Origin: Paraphysomonas bandaiensis
Taxonomy: Eukaryota > Protista > Chrysophyceae
Length of the DNA: 64,000 nt
Assembly (NCBI GenBank): GCA_965644295.1
Contig: CBFFRP010000186.1
Span: forward strand, 62,001-126,000
Direction: 5' to 3'
Position numbers and translations under genes: made by a program. Below the pieces are notes generated by a model, which saw only the letters and a list, made by a program, of their open reading frames with translations, ran no database searches and was not told where the DNA came from. Below, one piece after another: positions 61,076-64,000 of this stretch. Numbering within the stretch: the first letter of the stretch is position 1; the number at the start of each line of letters is the position of its first letter.

Positions 61076-61914
61076 TAAATTACGTATGAAACCACTAGGA
61101 ATTACAGTGAGACAAAAGTCATTTTTGGTGGCAAAAAAGTCTTCCTGTGCATGAAAAGCAGGAATTATAGGAGGACAAAAGACAGAAATCTTCGGGACAA
61201 AAAGTTGTGATATCCTGCGTACGGTAGTACACTGTACAGGAGTACATAGGTACACGGTACATAGGTACACAGTACGTACAGGATATACAGTACCGTATAG
61301 AGTATAGTGTACAGTACGACGTAGCTTGGTAGGTGGTGGATACTCATGTGATGACCAAAGCCCCCTTTGAATTCCCATTCAGCTGCTCTATCAACTCCTC
61401 CAACTCCTCCACTTCCTCCACTACTGGTGGGTAGTCCATATCAACCTTCAAAAGGCCTAGATTAAGAACCTGCCCCTCCTCGGGATGTTCCGGTACAGCA
61501 TCACTGGTACTCATATCTCTATACATAGTGATACATAAGGCACTTTAAGGTGCATATATGGGTATAAAACAGTGATAAATTCAGTATTCAGTCGTCCGAA
61601 ACCATGACTGAAAAGCATTTTATTTCAGTGATCGACACTGCTGAACACTGAATTTTATCCCTATATTCAGTGTTCAGAATTCAGTTTTCCATTCGGCATG
61701 GTCTCTTTAGGTTATCGCAGCAGACAGACAGACAGATAGACGGTCAGTTGAGGTGCATTTTGGTCCCACAAACAGCGACAATAGATATAAAGGCAAGCTT
61801 TTTGGAGATAGTCCTGAGATATGTAGAGGTTTGGATGCATATGGCTTCTCATATCTGAAGCTCAGCATGAACTACAACATTGCACCATCTTCTCGATATC
61901 CAGTCGGTGATATC

Positions 61915-62208
61915 TGCCCCATTCTGAGAGCGTACCCTAGTGAAGTATAAGTGTTGACTAAGCTAAGTAACGTATAGATTATTAATAAAAATCTCAGCGT
62001 ATTCTTTGTGTGTCGGCATCAAGAAAACTCTATAGCTTATATGAGATTACGAGAAACCCCGCGCATTCTAGGGGAGGGAGGGGGGGCGGCCAATGTCACA
62101 CTAGACCTAAACTGAGTCATGCATGGTCACGAGAATCCCCGCGTAATCTTTGTTAGGTAATGATGGAAGGTAGAAGGTACACATGGTCCTACTAGAATCT
62201 GCGCGAAT
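61915..62208 (+). mobile_element. Second copy of the LTR-retrotransposon 3' end, LTR truncated
   Basis: Near-identical to 58492-58766 apart from a 20-bp indel; same PPT and TGTCAC start at 62094. Confidence 0.7.
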
Positions 62209-62583
62209 ATGTATGTATGCATGGACTGCATATGTGAAACTTTTATGGTTTTTGTCCTCATCTAAACCCCCCCCCTGTGAAAGGAAGTGCTTCACCATGC
62301 CTCGAATATGGACAAATATACCGTAGTAGAATATCATATTCAATGCATATGTGAAACATTTCCTTTCACGCAAAAACTGGCACTTTTATATAACAAAAAT
62401 ACCATTTTATATGGAAATAGCCACTTTATTAGTTGTAAAACACTGTTAGAATACTCTACTATTCTCCTTGAACATGACAGCCGTTAGTGGTATATCAATA
62501 TTCGACCACAGTAACTGCAAACTTAGTAACACTTACTTCTATTCACACTTAGTAACACTATGTCATTATCTACTGACTACGTA

Positions 62584-62616
62584 TGCGGCTCACGTTAGTT
62601 TCCCCCAGAACACCAC
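62584..62616 (+). mobile_element. End of a MITE of the 39346 family
   Basis: TGCGGCTCACGTTAGTTTCCCCCAGAACACCAC, an internally deleted version of that TIR. Confidence 0.6.
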
Positions 62617-63038
62617 TTTTTTTAAATTTTAAACGAGCAGCAGCATGTGGCACGAGACAGATTCAGGGAGGGAGGAAGAGTAACCTCAAAGGGGAAGAAG
62701 AAGTGACCGTAAACACCGACAGCCGGTTGTGTCTGTTGACTCCAATACTGATAATATATCTGACTATAAGAAGAAACGAACAATAGCAAGAAAGAAAGCA
62801 GCATACAAGAAAAGGTTGGCCATATTGTAGCGTGGTATAGAACAGAGTACCCTTGTGGCCTTGTGGGTACTTATATGCATCTATGTATAAAGCACCACTC
62901 ATATAAGAGATAAAAGAAGTGATTATTATATGAAAGTGAATTATGAATAATATACATCTATACAATATCAACGGCTAAACTTAAACCCAACGATCACATT
63001 TCCCTACATTGTATTCCTTACTACAAGTATATACCGTA

Positions 63039-64000
63039 CTACAATAGTTTATTACGTTTAGTAACAATATCTTGAAGAATATATTTATCTCCAACAACAT
63101 TGACTACTCGCATTAGACCTTTAAGATATGGTAATAACTCACTAGTAGGTCCTGGGCGTAGAGAATTTTGTCTATGCTCAACTAAAACATAAGAATTTAT
63201 ACGAAATTCCTTAGTATGTTCTCTTGGTGCAGTTGACATATGAATTTCATCATGTTTACGCAAATTTCTTCTTGCAATATCCATAATGACAGACTGAACA
63301 TTTTGCATTTTATCTATCCAATTTGATAGACGTTGTTCCTTTTCGCCTAAGCTTTCATTATAATCAATGAACAAGCTTCTATCTAAATCAACTGTGTTTC
63401 CAAAGAGTATACTAGCGGGAGTTACACCAGTGCTTCTATGTTTAGAAGAATTCATACTTCGTTGTACTATCGGTAGGTACATTGGCCATTGATCTAGTAC
63501 TGATTTGTCGAAAATAATATTTCTTAAGTGTCGTAACACTTCTTGTTAGCACGCTCTACGATAGCATTCTCCTCTTTAGAATATGCCATCGAAAACGATT
63601 GATTACTTCCGACTAATGTTATTAATGATTTTATTAGATCATCGACAAAAGCTGGTCCAAGGTCAGAATGAATCTCATTAGGTGCCCCGTATCTGCCTAG
63701 ATACTGAAGCAAACCCTTTGCCGCTGCCTGCCATGGCAGTAAGATCCTTAGTAGGGATTAATTCTATCCACCTAGAAAAGGAATCGATAATCACTAATAT
63801 ATTTGTGTATCCATCCTCATCAGATTGTAGACCTTGAATAAAATCCACCGCTATTCTCTGCATCGAACCGTAAGTAGAGACAGTAAAGGGATGAGCATTT
63901 ATTATTGGCTTAATCCTACTCATCTTCTGACAACATGGACAAGTTTTAATAAATTCTGATACATGTGCCCCCTGTTTAGACCACGTATGACCATTGTCTC
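63039..64000 (-). pseudogene. Frameshifted Ty3/Gypsy-type integrase (rve)
   Basis: CPCCQK zinc motif, IAVDFI, LVIIDSFSRW, YGAPNEIHSDLGPAF, YSKEENAIVERAN, HRSTGVTP split over three frames. Confidence 0.9.

Noticed and set aside
58492-62208. Collagen-like gene captured between the 5' and 3' LTRs of one element
   Set aside because: Both repeats include the internal tail and PPT upstream of the LTR start, so both are 3' ends; no PBS or flanking TSD was seen.

Overview
Eukaryotic nuclear DNA with short GT-AG introns, (TATG)n microsatellites and many transposon relics. Gene content (Crinkler-like effector, flagellar MIP-like gene, PT-repeat surface protein) suggests a flagellated protist, probably a stramenopile; this is inference. 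About 15 protein-coding genes are supported: an Asteroid/XPG-like PIN protein, TMEM131-like, two inverted DENN-domain paralogues, a CDK-site-rich protein, an SBF2/PH protein, ABC-F, a Cys-rich secreted repeat protein, a Gly-rich mucin-like protein, a Crinkler-like REase-kinase, a degenerate PhoD fusion, a Qc-SNARE, a small spliced hypothetical gene, a spliced FAP276/CFAP276-like gene largely missed by the ORF track, and a Gly-X-Asp collagen-like ORF. Mobile DNA includes hAT- and Mutator-type MITEs with intact TSDs, an inverted-duplicated MULE transposase fragment, two LTR-retrotransposon 3' ends and a broken Ty3/Gypsy integrase. Most notable observations: (1) a dispersed ~160-185 nt module in at least 4 near-complete diverged copies with sharp ends and covarying, G-U-rich stems, i.e. 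a candidate structured RNA; (2) a 44-copy 54-bp array that multiplies an exon/intron donor junction of the SNARE gene; (3) a Mu-killer-like transposase hairpin; (4) a local gene-conversion tract between the DENN paralogues. No rRNA, tRNA or CRISPR array was seen. All family calls come from motif recognition by eye, not database searches.
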